Virus record (IMG/VR): IMGVR_UViG_3300027832_000084 | Length of the DNA stretch: 27,916 nucleotides | Source: a virus | Strand: one strand, 5' to 3' | In this document: in pieces, positions 7,486 through 16,857 of the stretch | Numbering within the stretch: the first letter of the stretch is position 1 | Layout: the number at the start of each line of letters is the position of its first letter | Made by a program: the position numbers and the translations under genes | Notes under the pieces: generated by a model | What the model saw: the letters and a program-made list of their open reading frames with translations, nothing else | Told to the model about the DNA's origin: nothing | Database searches by the model: none

Positions 7486-7724
7486 CACCACAATTAGCAC
7501 AATTATTATCAGAACTTACATTAGATAATGTGACGGAAAAAACACAAATACTTATTGATGAAATAGGAATTACAAATTATACCAATAGTTTACAAACTGA
7601 GTTAATGTTTGCGTATAACAACTTATTATTCCCTCAAGCACAAGAACACGGTAAAAGCTGTGGAACGTGTCGTGGAAGGGTTTATAATCGATTAGTAAAC
7701 CATTTAAAAACAAATATAGAATAA
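7482..7724 (+). CDS. Hypothetical protein
   Basis: 80-aa ORF whose ATG overlaps the previous stop codon (ATGA). Confidence 0.55.
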   Translation: MTPQLAQLLSELTLDNVTEKTQILIDEIGITNYTNSLQTELMFAYNNLLFPQAQEHGKSCGTCRGRVYNRLVNHLKTNIE

Positions 7725-7738
7725 TAAATATTATAAAT

Positions 7739-8413
7739 ATGAGTATTAAAAAAAATATAATTAAAACTTGGGCTGATGTTAAACTATACCAACTGCAAGA
7801 ATTAGAAGGTTTGAGTGAATATGAGAATCAAATAGATTTAGTAGTTGAACAACTTTCTATTTTAATGGAAATGGACCCATCAGAAGTTCAAAATATGGCG
7901 GTTACTGATTTAATGATTGAAATAGATAAATGGAAATTCATTAAAGAAAAACCTATTGAAGCTAAAAGAATTAATTTATTTAAAATGGAAGGTAAAAGAT
8001 TTGGTTTTATTACATTAAATGAACTTACTTTAGCCCAACTTGTTGATATTGAATTTTATGTTGGTGATGGATTAATGAAAAATGCACATAAAATAATGAG
8101 TATTCTTTATTTACCAGTAAAAAAATATAACCTCATCACTAAAAAATATACACTAGAAGAATATTCGTCAGATGAAGATAGACAAAATCTATTCAAATTA
8201 GTAACTATGGATGTTTTATACCCTCAGATGCTTTTTTTTTGGAATATCGTAAAAATTTATTTGAAAGATATAGAATCATCTTTCGAAATGAAGATGAACA
8301 AACTGACGACGAATATGGAGATGAACAATATGACGATGGAACAAAAACAAGTAATGATTCAAAAACTGAAGAATCTACAAAACTTAACCAAAAATGGAAT
8401 TGGTATGGAATAA
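7739..8413 (+). CDS. Hypothetical virion-assembly protein, zero-frame product of a frameshift pair (possible tail assembly chaperone analogue)
   Basis: 224-aa ORF. A slippery T_TTT_TTT heptamer lies at codons 165-167 and an overlapping -1 ORF follows. Confidence 0.6.
   Translation: MSIKKNIIKTWADVKLYQLQELEGLSEYENQIDLVVEQLSILMEMDPSEVQNMAVTDLMIEIDKWKFIKEKPIEAKRINLFKMEGKRFGFITLNELTLAQLVDIEFYVGDGLMKNAHKIMSILYLPVKKYNLITKKYTLEEYSSDEDRQNLFKLVTMDVLYPQMLFFWNIVKIYLKDIESSFEMKMNKLTTNMEMNNMTMEQKQVMIQKLKNLQNLTKNGIGME
8233..8239 (+). promoter_or_regulatory. Candidate -1 programmed frameshift (or transcriptional slippage) site, T_TTT_TTT within a T9 run
   Basis: Zero-frame codons are CTT TTT TTT TGG (8231-8242). 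The -1 frame is open from 8182, and the track ORF starts exactly at 8239, the first codon read after a -1 slip. Confidence 0.5.
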
Positions 8414-8523
8414 TTAATCAACTAGCAAATGATGATATCCTTAAAATGGATGAGGTAGTTAAACTACCAGCATTGCAATGCTTAACTTACCTAAAATATA
8501 AAATAGAAACTAATAATAAATAA
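8239..8523 (+). CDS. -1 frame extension; the predicted fusion product 7739..8239/8239..8523 is about 261 aa
   Basis: It has no ATG (the track starts it at TTG). It overlaps the zero-frame ORF by 175 nt and ends 1 nt before the next gene. Confidence 0.45.
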   Translation: MEYRKNLFERYRIIFRNEDEQTDDEYGDEQYDDGTKTSNDSKTEESTKLNQKWNWYGIINQLANDDILKMDEVVKLPALQCLTYLKYKIETNNK

Positions 8524-8524
8524 T

Positions 8525-8968
8525 ATGGCACAAGTAACTTATAATCAACTAATTAAAGCTTTTGAAACAATTGGATATAATCATTTTCAGATTAATAGAT
8601 TTGGTAATGGGGTTGTTGAAGATGTTAATACTTTTAGTCCAGATTCAAATGGGTTCCCAATTTTATGGGTAGCTCCACAGGGTGTTGAATTGGGAGATAA
8701 CAGTATGATATATACTATGAGAGTTTTAGTATTTGATATTGATAAAAGCAATGATAGTTTAAGGAATGAAATTCTTTCAGATTGTTTATTGATATTAAAT
8801 GATGTGATTCAAATATTAAAAAACGATACTGATAATTATACTGTAAGTAATAATCCGCAAGCAATTCCTTTCAATCAAAAGTTTGTTGATTATTGTACTG
8901 GATGGTTTGCTGATGTTAATATTGAAACAGATATATTAAATACACTTTGCGTAATTCCTAGAGTATAA
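8525..8968 (+). CDS. Hypothetical structural (neck/tail) protein
   Basis: 147-aa ORF within the tightly packed morphogenesis operon. Confidence 0.55.
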   Translation: MAQVTYNQLIKAFETIGYNHFQINRFGNGVVEDVNTFSPDSNGFPILWVAPQGVELGDNSMIYTMRVLVFDIDKSNDSLRNEILSDCLLILNDVIQILKNDTDNYTVSNNPQAIPFNQKFVDYCTGWFADVNIETDILNTLCVIPRV

Positions 8969-9402
8969 TGGAAGATAAATTTGATATCATTTCTATACTG
9001 CAAGAACTTGGTGACGATATAGTTGCTGATATGCAAAAAATTATTCAGATGAATGGTTCAATCGGAACTGGTCGCTTATTAAATAATATAAAAACAAAAG
9101 CAGTTGAAAAGAATGATAAATATAATTTAATTATTTCATATCCTTTCTATGGTAAGTTTGTTGATGAAGGAAGGAAAGCTGGTAAGATGCCACCACTTGA
9201 TGATATAATCGCTTGGACGAAGTTAAAAGGTATTCCAGCAAGTGCAGCGTTCCCTATAGCTAAATCAATCGCTAAGAACGGAACAAAGGGTATTAACTTT
9301 ACAAAACCTTTCTATAATGACATTAAAGTAATTGCGGATATTTTAGGTGATAAATATTCAAAACACATAATAAAAGTAATAACAAAAGAATTAATTAATT
9401 AA
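8968..9402 (+). CDS. Possible HK97-gp10-like head-tail/tail component
   Basis: YPFYGKFVDEGRKAGKMPP...IIAWTKLKG resembles the gp10-family pattern (aromatic-x-x-VE/DxG ... P-P). TAATG overlap with the previous gene. Confidence 0.35.
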   Translation: MEDKFDIISILQELGDDIVADMQKIIQMNGSIGTGRLLNNIKTKAVEKNDKYNLIISYPFYGKFVDEGRKAGKMPPLDDIIAWTKLKGIPASAAFPIAKSIAKNGTKGINFTKPFYNDIKVIADILGDKYSKHIIKVITKELIN

Positions 9403-9410
9403 ATAAAAAT

Positions 9411-11132
9411 ATGCCACTTTCACTTTCAATAGTAAAACAACCAGCAGCATCGCTAACTCATAAGATATTACCAGTATATAATGGTTTACCTTTTATCGTT
9501 ACATCAAATAACTTTAATAGACAAAATTTTAAATATGTAGCTGATATTTATGTTAATAATAAATTAGTGACAACTTTAAAACATAATAAAGATATCACCG
9601 CATTAAACTATGGTATTTTTGATATTGGTAGAGTTGTTGAAAACTTTATTAAAACACCACCAACAATAATTGGCTCAAATGGATTTACAACAAGTAACCA
9701 ATCAGCTACTGCTTTATATCAAATAAAGTTTGGAGCTGAGTATGAAAGATATATTGAGTTTACTTCTATATCAAATAATGCTGGTAATTCTAGATTATCA
9801 ATTAATAACTCATTAAATGGTCAACACGATGTTGTTGCTGGTGATTACATTACAATTCAAAACGCTTCTAACAATTATTACAACGGAACCTTCTTAGTTA
9901 TATCAGTAACCACTTTAACTATTACTATATCAAAACCATTTACGAATACAGCAAGTGGTTTATTAATTGAAGGAGAAGGATTCTTTGATAACTATTATGT
10001 TAATAATATTGGGTTAGGTGGTGTAGTTGGATTTGCAATTTCTAACTCTAGACCAAGTAAAATAAATATTGGTGATTTAGTTGTTGTTCAACAAAATAGT
10101 AATGCAACAATTAAAGGGTATAATGGTGAGTGGTTAGTTGTTGATAAATTATCTAACGTAAATATTGGTGGTGCTTTTTATACTGTTATAGTAACAAATT
10201 GTCCGTTTTTTGGAAGTACACCAATTAATGGTGGGAGTATTTATTCTAAATCAAAATACAAATATAGAAATACAGTTACCTCATCAGTTGAATATGCTTG
10301 GGATGCTGCTTTACAATATAAAGAAGCATTAGTTTGGAACCCCTCAGTACACTCAATGAATGTAACAAATAAAGGAGCATTCTTAACTAGAGCACCAATA
10401 GCTAAAAATATTAGACTTAATGAGATAGATTCACTTTCTTTTTTCAATACATCTATCACTGGTGGACCTTCGGTGTCTAAGGGTGTATTTAAAACATACA
10501 ATGCAGCTAATTCTTTGATAACTAGCGCATCTTACTTTATGCCAATAACTAGTTTAATTAGAATTGATTTAATGACTGGAACAAAAAACATATTTGTATC
10601 GGTACCATTAAATGGTGTTAGTTACTACACAGTTGAGTTACAAGATTCTGCATCGAATAGGTTAAGTGAAATACGTAGATATAATTTAGATAGAGTTTGT
10701 TACAGATATTCACAGTATCGTTTTAAATGGTTAAATAGATTAGGTGGATGGGATTACTTTACATTCAATTTAAGAAGTGATAAATCAGTAAGTGTACAAA
10801 GAAGTTTATATAGTGGTCAATTAAAAACTTATCAACCAAATAATAGTACATTCAATTATAAAATGGGTGATAGTACTAATAGAGTATATAATGTGAAAGC
10901 AAATGATTCTGAAGTAGTATTTAGTAATTGGTTAACAAATGCTGAATCATCTTGGTTAGAAGAATTATTTACTAGTCCAGAGGTTTATATGTTAATTGGT
11001 GATACGACAGACACTTTACCAATTATATTAACTGATACTGATTATACAATAGGTGAAAAAGAAAATATAGGTTTATTACAATATAAAATAGGATTTAAGT
11101 ATTCTAATAACAAAGTTATTCAAAGAGGTTAA
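9411..11132 (+). CDS. Large tail/baseplate structural protein
   Basis: 573-aa ORF, rich in N/S/T/G as expected for beta-rich proteins, lying next to the fibre genes. No specific motif recognised. Confidence 0.5.
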   Translation: MPLSLSIVKQPAASLTHKILPVYNGLPFIVTSNNFNRQNFKYVADIYVNNKLVTTLKHNKDITALNYGIFDIGRVVENFIKTPPTIIGSNGFTTSNQSATALYQIKFGAEYERYIEFTSISNNAGNSRLSINNSLNGQHDVVAGDYITIQNASNNYYNGTFLVISVTTLTITISKPFTNTASGLLIEGEGFFDNYYVNNIGLGGVVGFAISNSRPSKINIGDLVVVQQNSNATIKGYNGEWLVVDKLSNVNIGGAFYTVIVTNCPFFGSTPINGGSIYSKSKYKYRNTVTSSVEYAWDAALQYKEALVWNPSVHSMNVTNKGAFLTRAPIAKNIRLNEIDSLSFFNTSITGGPSVSKGVFKTYNAANSLITSASYFMPITSLIRIDLMTGTKNIFVSVPLNGVSYYTVELQDSASNRLSEIRRYNLDRVCYRYSQYRFKWLNRLGGWDYFTFNLRSDKSVSVQRSLYSGQLKTYQPNNSTFNYKMGDSTNRVYNVKANDSEVVFSNWLTNAESSWLEELFTSPEVYMLIGDTTDTLPIILTDTDYTIGEKENIGLLQYKIGFKYSNNKVIQRG

Positions 11133-11136
11133 TAAA

Positions 11137-14076
11137 ATGGAATATAATATAATAGTACAATCGCAGGATAAAAATCAAACTTTTAAATTAGATTTATTTG
11201 GTAATGAACAAATATCAGTTATATTTAACGTAGTTGATGTAAGAGCACCAGAATCATTAAAAAGTAATTATACAAAAGAATTTATTATACCAGCAACAAA
11301 GGAAAATAATAAATTCTTTGAAGGTATTTTATATGAAGGATATACAACTAATAAATTCAATCCAAATTTAAAAGTATCTTGTCAATTAAATTATGATAAC
11401 ACGACACTTATTGATGGATTTTTACAAATAGTTAAAGTTAATAAAAATGATAATAAACTAGATAGTTACTCAATCATTATATACGGTGAACTATCAAATG
11501 TATTTAAACAAACTGAAGGTTTATATTTAAACGATTTAGATTTATCTGAATATAATCACATATGGTCATATGAAAATGTTGTACATAGTTGGGATATTTC
11601 AGTAATAAAAAACAATATACCAGTTCCTTTTATAAAGGGTAATGGTTACGTTTATCCTTTTGAGCATCGTGGTCAATCTGGTTCAGAGGATACTGCTAGT
11701 TTGGATGTAATGAATGTTGAAAACTTTTTCCCATCAATTTATGTTAAAACCATTATTGATAGTATTTTCACTAAAACAAATAATAAATATAATTCAAAAT
11801 TTTTTAATAGTTCTTTTTTCAGAGGTTTAGTATTACCTTATACAAAGGGGCATATGTATATTGATGAAGAAGCAAAAAAATTAAAAGAGTTTTCTGCTGT
11901 AAAAACTAGTGAACAATTCGTATTTAAATTTAGAGCTACTGTTCCAACAACATCACCCACCAATTTTATTACATTTCAAAATAAAGTTGACCCAGGTAAT
12001 ATATTTCTAAATCAAATATCGCTTCGTCCAAAAAATAAACAATCCTCATTATATGCTATAAAACTTAAGCTTAAATTAAATTTTAGAGCAGCTGTTAGTC
12101 CATCTGCACTATGGAAAATTATTGGTCCAGAATTCATAGCTAATGTATATTTAAAAAACTCAACAACTGGTGTAATAATTGCATCCAATAATATTAGTAT
12201 TCCTTATCCAAAAGCAACTGCCATTGGACCAGCTGGTATGGCGGACGCAACAATTGATTTAATATTAGATTATAATGGTTACTTTGCTGAATTAAACAAT
12301 CATATAATTAACGTAACCTTTACTATGCCAGATGGTCCCGAAAATTCAAAATTTATATCAATAAATGGTGGTGATGTTAATGGTGAGATTAACTGTTTTG
12401 TAATGCCAGAAAGTGAAGTTGTTTTAGCAACGACTGATTCTTGGTTATTTGAAGGTGATAAAATTGTTATTTCAAGTACACTTCCAGATAATATTTTAAT
12501 TAAAGATTTTTTAACGTCATTGAATAAAATGTTTAACCTTTATTGGGTTGCAAATAAAGATGGAGGTTTTGATATAGAACCACGTGATACATTCTATAAC
12601 AAAAGTGATGTTAGAATATTAGATTGGACCCAAAAGATTGATGAAACGCAAGAAATCACTATATCACCTTTACAAGAAATTGATGCTAAAACTTACTTCT
12701 TTCATAAAACACCAGATAATGATTATTACAATAAGCTTTATACTATATCAAATAAAGAAATATATGGTGAACGTAAGATTGAAGTTGAAAATGATTACGT
12801 TACTTCAACCAAAGAAATTGTACCTATCTTTTCACCAACAATATTATTATCTTATAAAGGTACAGATAGAATAGTGAATACAATTGCTGATTATGCTGAT
12901 GGATTTTTTGAAACATATGATGGTAATATTAGAATATCACAATATGGTGGTGTTAAATCAACATCTCAACCTTGGCTATTTAAACACAAAGGAAATTCTG
13001 ATGGTGCACAATATAGTAAATACCCATATTCTGGCCATTACGATGACCCTATGGTACCAACAAAGGATATAAACTATGGTCAAGCTAAACATTATTTATA
13101 TAGTTGGAAAAATACAACAACAAGTAATCTATATAATGATTTTTGGAAAAATACTATTAATGATTTAACAGCAATTGATTCACATATCTGGAAAGGTAAA
13201 ATGCGTTTAAAGTATTTTGATATTATTGATTTTAATTTATTTGATACAATTCAAGTTAATCAAGTTTATTATAAAATTAATAGTGTTAGTTACAATGCAA
13301 TAACTGAAATAGCAGAAGTTGAATTGTTTAAAGCTAATTCATTTGGTGGAACTCCTAGTAAATTAGGTATTCCAGTAACAACAGTTAGTGAAGTATATAC
13401 AGATTTTAGACAAGAAACAGAACTACGTAAAATAACTGGATGGCAATCAACAACATTTAAAAATAAATTTGTTAATCTAAACGAAGATGTTCTTCGACCT
13501 ACTGGTATCTATCGTGATGTAATTAGATGGCAAAGAGATACAACTGGTGGTGTTCTAGCATTTAAAAATAATGAATCAATGACAAAAGCTGGTAATATAC
13601 AACAAAAATCATTTGGAATTGGTCCAAACATTCAACGTAATGTAAACGCAAACATATACGAGAAAGGAGCTTTTATTGAATTGAATGGTGTTAATAATAA
13701 TGTTGGTCCACAATCATCAAGTATCAAAGCATTAGGTAATAACAACCAAATACAACAAAGATGTAAAAACATTTCAATCGTTGGAAATAATAACTTTATT
13801 GATGCTGGATTAACTAATGTTACTGTTATTGGTGATAATCAATACATTACAAAAAGTAATACTTCATATATTAATGGTACAGTTATTAGTAATGGTTTTA
13901 TAACACAAGATTTTAACTTTATAAATGCAAGTGTTAATGAAGTTCAAAACCCATTTGAAAGTAGTGTTAATGGAAACTTCATTCAATGTGGTAAAAATGC
14001 TGTTCAAAATATTGGTGGAGTTACAAAAAAAAATAAGATAATTTCACCAGTATTATTTGACACAAACAGAATTTAA
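11137..14076 (+). CDS. Large tail/baseplate (hub or tip-like) structural protein
   Basis: 979-aa ORF. The C-terminal part has N/G/V/I-rich short repeats (GNNNQIQ, GNNNFID, GDNQYIT) that suggest a beta-helix. Confidence 0.5.
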   Translation: MEYNIIVQSQDKNQTFKLDLFGNEQISVIFNVVDVRAPESLKSNYTKEFIIPATKENNKFFEGILYEGYTTNKFNPNLKVSCQLNYDNTTLIDGFLQIVKVNKNDNKLDSYSIIIYGELSNVFKQTEGLYLNDLDLSEYNHIWSYENVVHSWDISVIKNNIPVPFIKGNGYVYPFEHRGQSGSEDTASLDVMNVENFFPSIYVKTIIDSIFTKTNNKYNSKFFNSSFFRGLVLPYTKGHMYIDEEAKKLKEFSAVKTSEQFVFKFRATVPTTSPTNFITFQNKVDPGNIFLNQISLRPKNKQSSLYAIKLKLKLNFRAAVSPSALWKIIGPEFIANVYLKNSTTGVIIASNNISIPYPKATAIGPAGMADATIDLILDYNGYFAELNNHIINVTFTMPDGPENSKFISINGGDVNGEINCFVMPESEVVLATTDSWLFEGDKIVISSTLPDNILIKDFLTSLNKMFNLYWVANKDGGFDIEPRDTFYNKSDVRILDWTQKIDETQEITISPLQEIDAKTYFFHKTPDNDYYNKLYTISNKEIYGERKIEVENDYVTSTKEIVPIFSPTILLSYKGTDRIVNTIADYADGFFETYDGNIRISQYGGVKSTSQPWLFKHKGNSDGAQYSKYPYSGHYDDPMVPTKDINYGQAKHYLYSWKNTTTSNLYNDFWKNTINDLTAIDSHIWKGKMRLKYFDIIDFNLFDTIQVNQVYYKINSVSYNAITEIAEVELFKANSFGGTPSKLGIPVTTVSEVYTDFRQETELRKITGWQSTTFKNKFVNLNEDVLRPTGIYRDVIRWQRDTTGGVLAFKNNESMTKAGNIQQKSFGIGPNIQRNVNANIYEKGAFIELNGVNNNVGPQSSSIKALGNNNQIQQRCKNISIVGNNNFIDAGLTNVTVIGDNQYITKSNTSYINGTVISNGFITQDFNFINASVNEVQNPFESSVNGNFIQCGKNAVQNIGGVTKKNKIISPVLFDTNRI

Positions 14077-14108
14077 AAATAATATACTTTAAATAAAACT
14101 AAAAATAA

Positions 14109-16214
14109 ATGAGTGGATTAAATATTCAGAATTCTAGAATCACCCTAAAATATTCAACATTAACTGGTGATACACCAACGATAGCACCATCACTTGACCA
14201 CACAGATGGTACTTGGAATGCAAATGATATTTATATTGGTGAGGTAATGATTAACGTTGCTACAGATGCAATGTGGTTTCGTTCTTTAAATGGTATAATT
14301 CCGATTACATCTGGAACAACTACAATAGATAGCACAGCATTTTTAAATACTAGTGGTGGTACTTTAACTGGTCCACTTTTTGGTCCATCAATTTCAGCAA
14401 CTACTATTTCAGCAACTACTTTTTATTCCCCATCATTTAATGGAACTTTCTTTGGTGATGGTTCTAATTTAACTGGAATAACTGCAACAGTATTTACTGG
14501 AGGAACTATATCTGGTCCAACTATCTTTACTAACAATGTTGATTTATGTGGTGCTGTAGTGACCATAGAATCACTTTCTGGATGTGGTGGTACATCTATT
14601 CAATTTTTCTCTAGCATTGATGCTGTTGGTCATTCTATTTCAGCAACTACTTTCTTTGGTGATGGTTCTGGTTTAACTAATTTACCTTATATGTCTGGTG
14701 TTACTTTACAAGAAGTATTAGATTTAGGTGACACATCTACCAATGGAAGTATAGTATTGCAAAATGGAAATATAATATTAGATTCTGGTACTTTCTTTGG
14801 TGATGGTGCTGGTTTAACTAATATTCCATTTGGTCCAACACCAACATTAGAAGATGTATTGTTAATTGGTAATGTTTCAACAAACTCATCTATCCTATTA
14901 ACTAATGGGAGTATTGTATTAGATAATGGTATTTTTTATGGTGATGGTTCTGGTTTGTCTGGGTTAACTGTAACTGCTGATTTTACTGGAGGTACTGTTA
15001 CTGGTTCAACTAATTTTACTAATGGAATAACAGCAACAACTATATCCGCAACAACATACTTAAATTTACCAACTGCTGAAACACTGCAACAAACATTAGT
15101 CGCTGGCAATACAACTGGTAACAATTGGATTGAAAGTTCTAATCTATATGGTATGAGAAGTGTAAATGGTCTAGATGATAGAAGATTTACGTTTAATCCA
15201 GATGCAATAAATATTTCAGCAACAGACGATATTGGAAATGGTGAAATTGAAATTAATAATAGTGGTGTTATTACATTGTATTCAAGTAGTGGATTCTATC
15301 ATACGTTAGAAGATGGTGGTGGTAGTAATGCTGATTTCGTTATTAGAGGTTATACTGGTTTTAAAGGAGCTGAATACTTTGCAGATTATAGTGCAGATTA
15401 TACAAACAGAAGTTTAGTTGATAAAGGATATGTTGATAGTAATATATCTGCAATTACATTTTTACAAGATAGTGGAACAACAAGAAATTCAATTATAAAA
15501 GTAGATAGTAATGGAAATGCTACGGGAACAAAAGTTGCCAATAATGCCACACCTACAACTTATTCTGAATCTATATTTTCTGATGATTTTTATCAATTAA
15601 AAACAACGGATGTAGATTTCACTACAATTTTTGGTGTTGCTGCTGGTGGTATTAATATAGAATGTAAGAATACTACAACATTAGATGAATCTGCTGTTTA
15701 TATAAATACTAATAAAATTGAAACCTTTCTCTGGAATGCTGAAACTACTAAATCTGGTTATTATCAAATAATAAAAGAATTAAGTTCAGCTACTCAAACT
15801 GTTGGTGTTTCAATACAAGAAAGTATTGGTGCTACATCTGTATATAAATTTTCCAGAAGTATATTACAAAATGCTAGTACAACAAACATTCTTTTATTTT
15901 CAACAAGATTAGGGGCTGGAATACCTAGCGATAATTTAGTTTTTGTTGAAATTAAACTTATGGGTAGTAACTTATCAGATGGGAATAAAGTTTATATGGG
16001 TGATATAAAACAAGGGTTACGTTGGCTAGGTAATACTCCAACATTAATCGGTACCGCTATTTCTAGTGTTTTTTCAACAACTGAAGCTGGAACTAAATTT
16101 TCATTAACAACAGATGCTACACATTTAATACTTAACGTAGACAATGCTGAATTATCTTCTGCACAAATGGATTGGTCTGCTCACATTACATTAACACTTA
16201 AACTTAAATTATGA
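14109..16214 (+). CDS. Tail fibre / receptor-binding protein
   Basis: 701 aa with four copies of F(F/Y)GDG(S/A)xL(T/S) at aa 114, 182, 229 and 276. Repeated SATT segments and a G/T/S-rich composition. Confidence 0.65.
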   Translation: MSGLNIQNSRITLKYSTLTGDTPTIAPSLDHTDGTWNANDIYIGEVMINVATDAMWFRSLNGIIPITSGTTTIDSTAFLNTSGGTLTGPLFGPSISATTISATTFYSPSFNGTFFGDGSNLTGITATVFTGGTISGPTIFTNNVDLCGAVVTIESLSGCGGTSIQFFSSIDAVGHSISATTFFGDGSGLTNLPYMSGVTLQEVLDLGDTSTNGSIVLQNGNIILDSGTFFGDGAGLTNIPFGPTPTLEDVLLIGNVSTNSSILLTNGSIVLDNGIFYGDGSGLSGLTVTADFTGGTVTGSTNFTNGITATTISATTYLNLPTAETLQQTLVAGNTTGNNWIESSNLYGMRSVNGLDDRRFTFNPDAINISATDDIGNGEIEINNSGVITLYSSSGFYHTLEDGGGSNADFVIRGYTGFKGAEYFADYSADYTNRSLVDKGYVDSNISAITFLQDSGTTRNSIIKVDSNGNATGTKVANNATPTTYSESIFSDDFYQLKTTDVDFTTIFGVAAGGINIECKNTTTLDESAVYINTNKIETFLWNAETTKSGYYQIIKELSSATQTVGVSIQESIGATSVYKFSRSILQNASTTNILLFSTRLGAGIPSDNLVFVEIKLMGSNLSDGNKVYMGDIKQGLRWLGNTPTLIGTAISSVFSTTEAGTKFSLTTDATHLILNVDNAELSSAQMDWSAHITLTLKLKL
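14703..14975 (+). repeat. Tandem duplication of roughly 44-47 codons inside the fibre gene
   Basis: TLQEVLDLGDTSTNGSIVLQNGNIILDSGTFFGDGAGLTNIP... aligns with TLEDVLLIGNVSTNSSILLTNGSIVLDNGIFYGDGSGLSGLT... Confidence 0.8.
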
Positions 16215-16819
16215 ATATTTTAAATGGAAGTAGCTTATCAGCTACAACAATAACAGCAGGTAGCTTTTTTGGTAACGGTGCTAATATCACTGGAATAACC
16301 CCAGGTGCTGGTGGTTCTACTCTAATTGCAATGACTGAATTAAGTGCCGCAGCTTTGGTAACACATACAGTTGTAACATCTTTAACAGCAACCACAATCA
16401 ACTTAAATAGCGATGGAACAAATAGATTTGCTAAGGTAGTATTTATTGCTCCTTCAAGTTGTAAAGTAAGTGTAAAAATGTATTTCGACGCTATACTTAC
16501 CAATAGTGCAACTAATCTTCGAATTGGGTTACATAATGCATCTACATCAACTACAACACCAACTAACGGGTGGTTTAGAGTAAACGGTGACGATGATGCA
16601 TCAAGTAATGGTTATACTGCTGAATTTATTTTAACTGGTTTAACAGCTGGAACATCTTATACCAGATATTTTGTAGCAGCATCTGATTTTAGTGCAACTT
16701 TAATTAGAGCATCTCGAGCACAAACTGGTGTATTTGCTGTAAGTGATTTACCTCAGCCATTGAGAATAAAGGTTGAAGATTTAGGTAGTATTAGTATTTT
16801 AGCTAATCCTTCATCTTAA
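16211..16819 (+). CDS. Second fibre-related protein
   Basis: 202 aa. The N-terminus LSATTITAGSFFGNGANITGITPG repeats the fibre motif. ATGA overlap with the fibre gene. Confidence 0.55.
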   Translation: MNILNGSSLSATTITAGSFFGNGANITGITPGAGGSTLIAMTELSAAALVTHTVVTSLTATTINLNSDGTNRFAKVVFIAPSSCKVSVKMYFDAILTNSATNLRIGLHNASTSTTTPTNGWFRVNGDDDASSNGYTAEFILTGLTAGTSYTRYFVAASDFSATLIRASRAQTGVFAVSDLPQPLRIKVEDLGSISILANPSS

Positions 16820-16857
16820 AAACAATAAGTAACAAAAAAATATTCAAATAAAGAGAT

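Noticed and set aside
8260-8287. A hairpin (GAAAGAT / ATCTTTC, 8263-8269 with 8278-8284) considered as a stimulator of the -1 frameshift.
   Set aside because: It starts about 20 nt after the slippery heptamer, whereas stimulatory structures normally sit 5-9 nt downstream. The stem is also short and AT-rich.
12638-13072. Two same-strand alternative-frame ORFs (78 aa and 62 aa) inside the 979-aa tail gene, which together leave an alternative frame open for 435 nt with a single stop.
   Set aside because: The main-frame sequence here is dominated by D/E/K/Y/N/T codons, which rarely end in TA or TG, so off-frame stops are depleted by composition alone. The alternative-frame peptides have no motif and look like frame noise. 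The HNH ORF in the intein is different, because it carries a clear catalytic motif.
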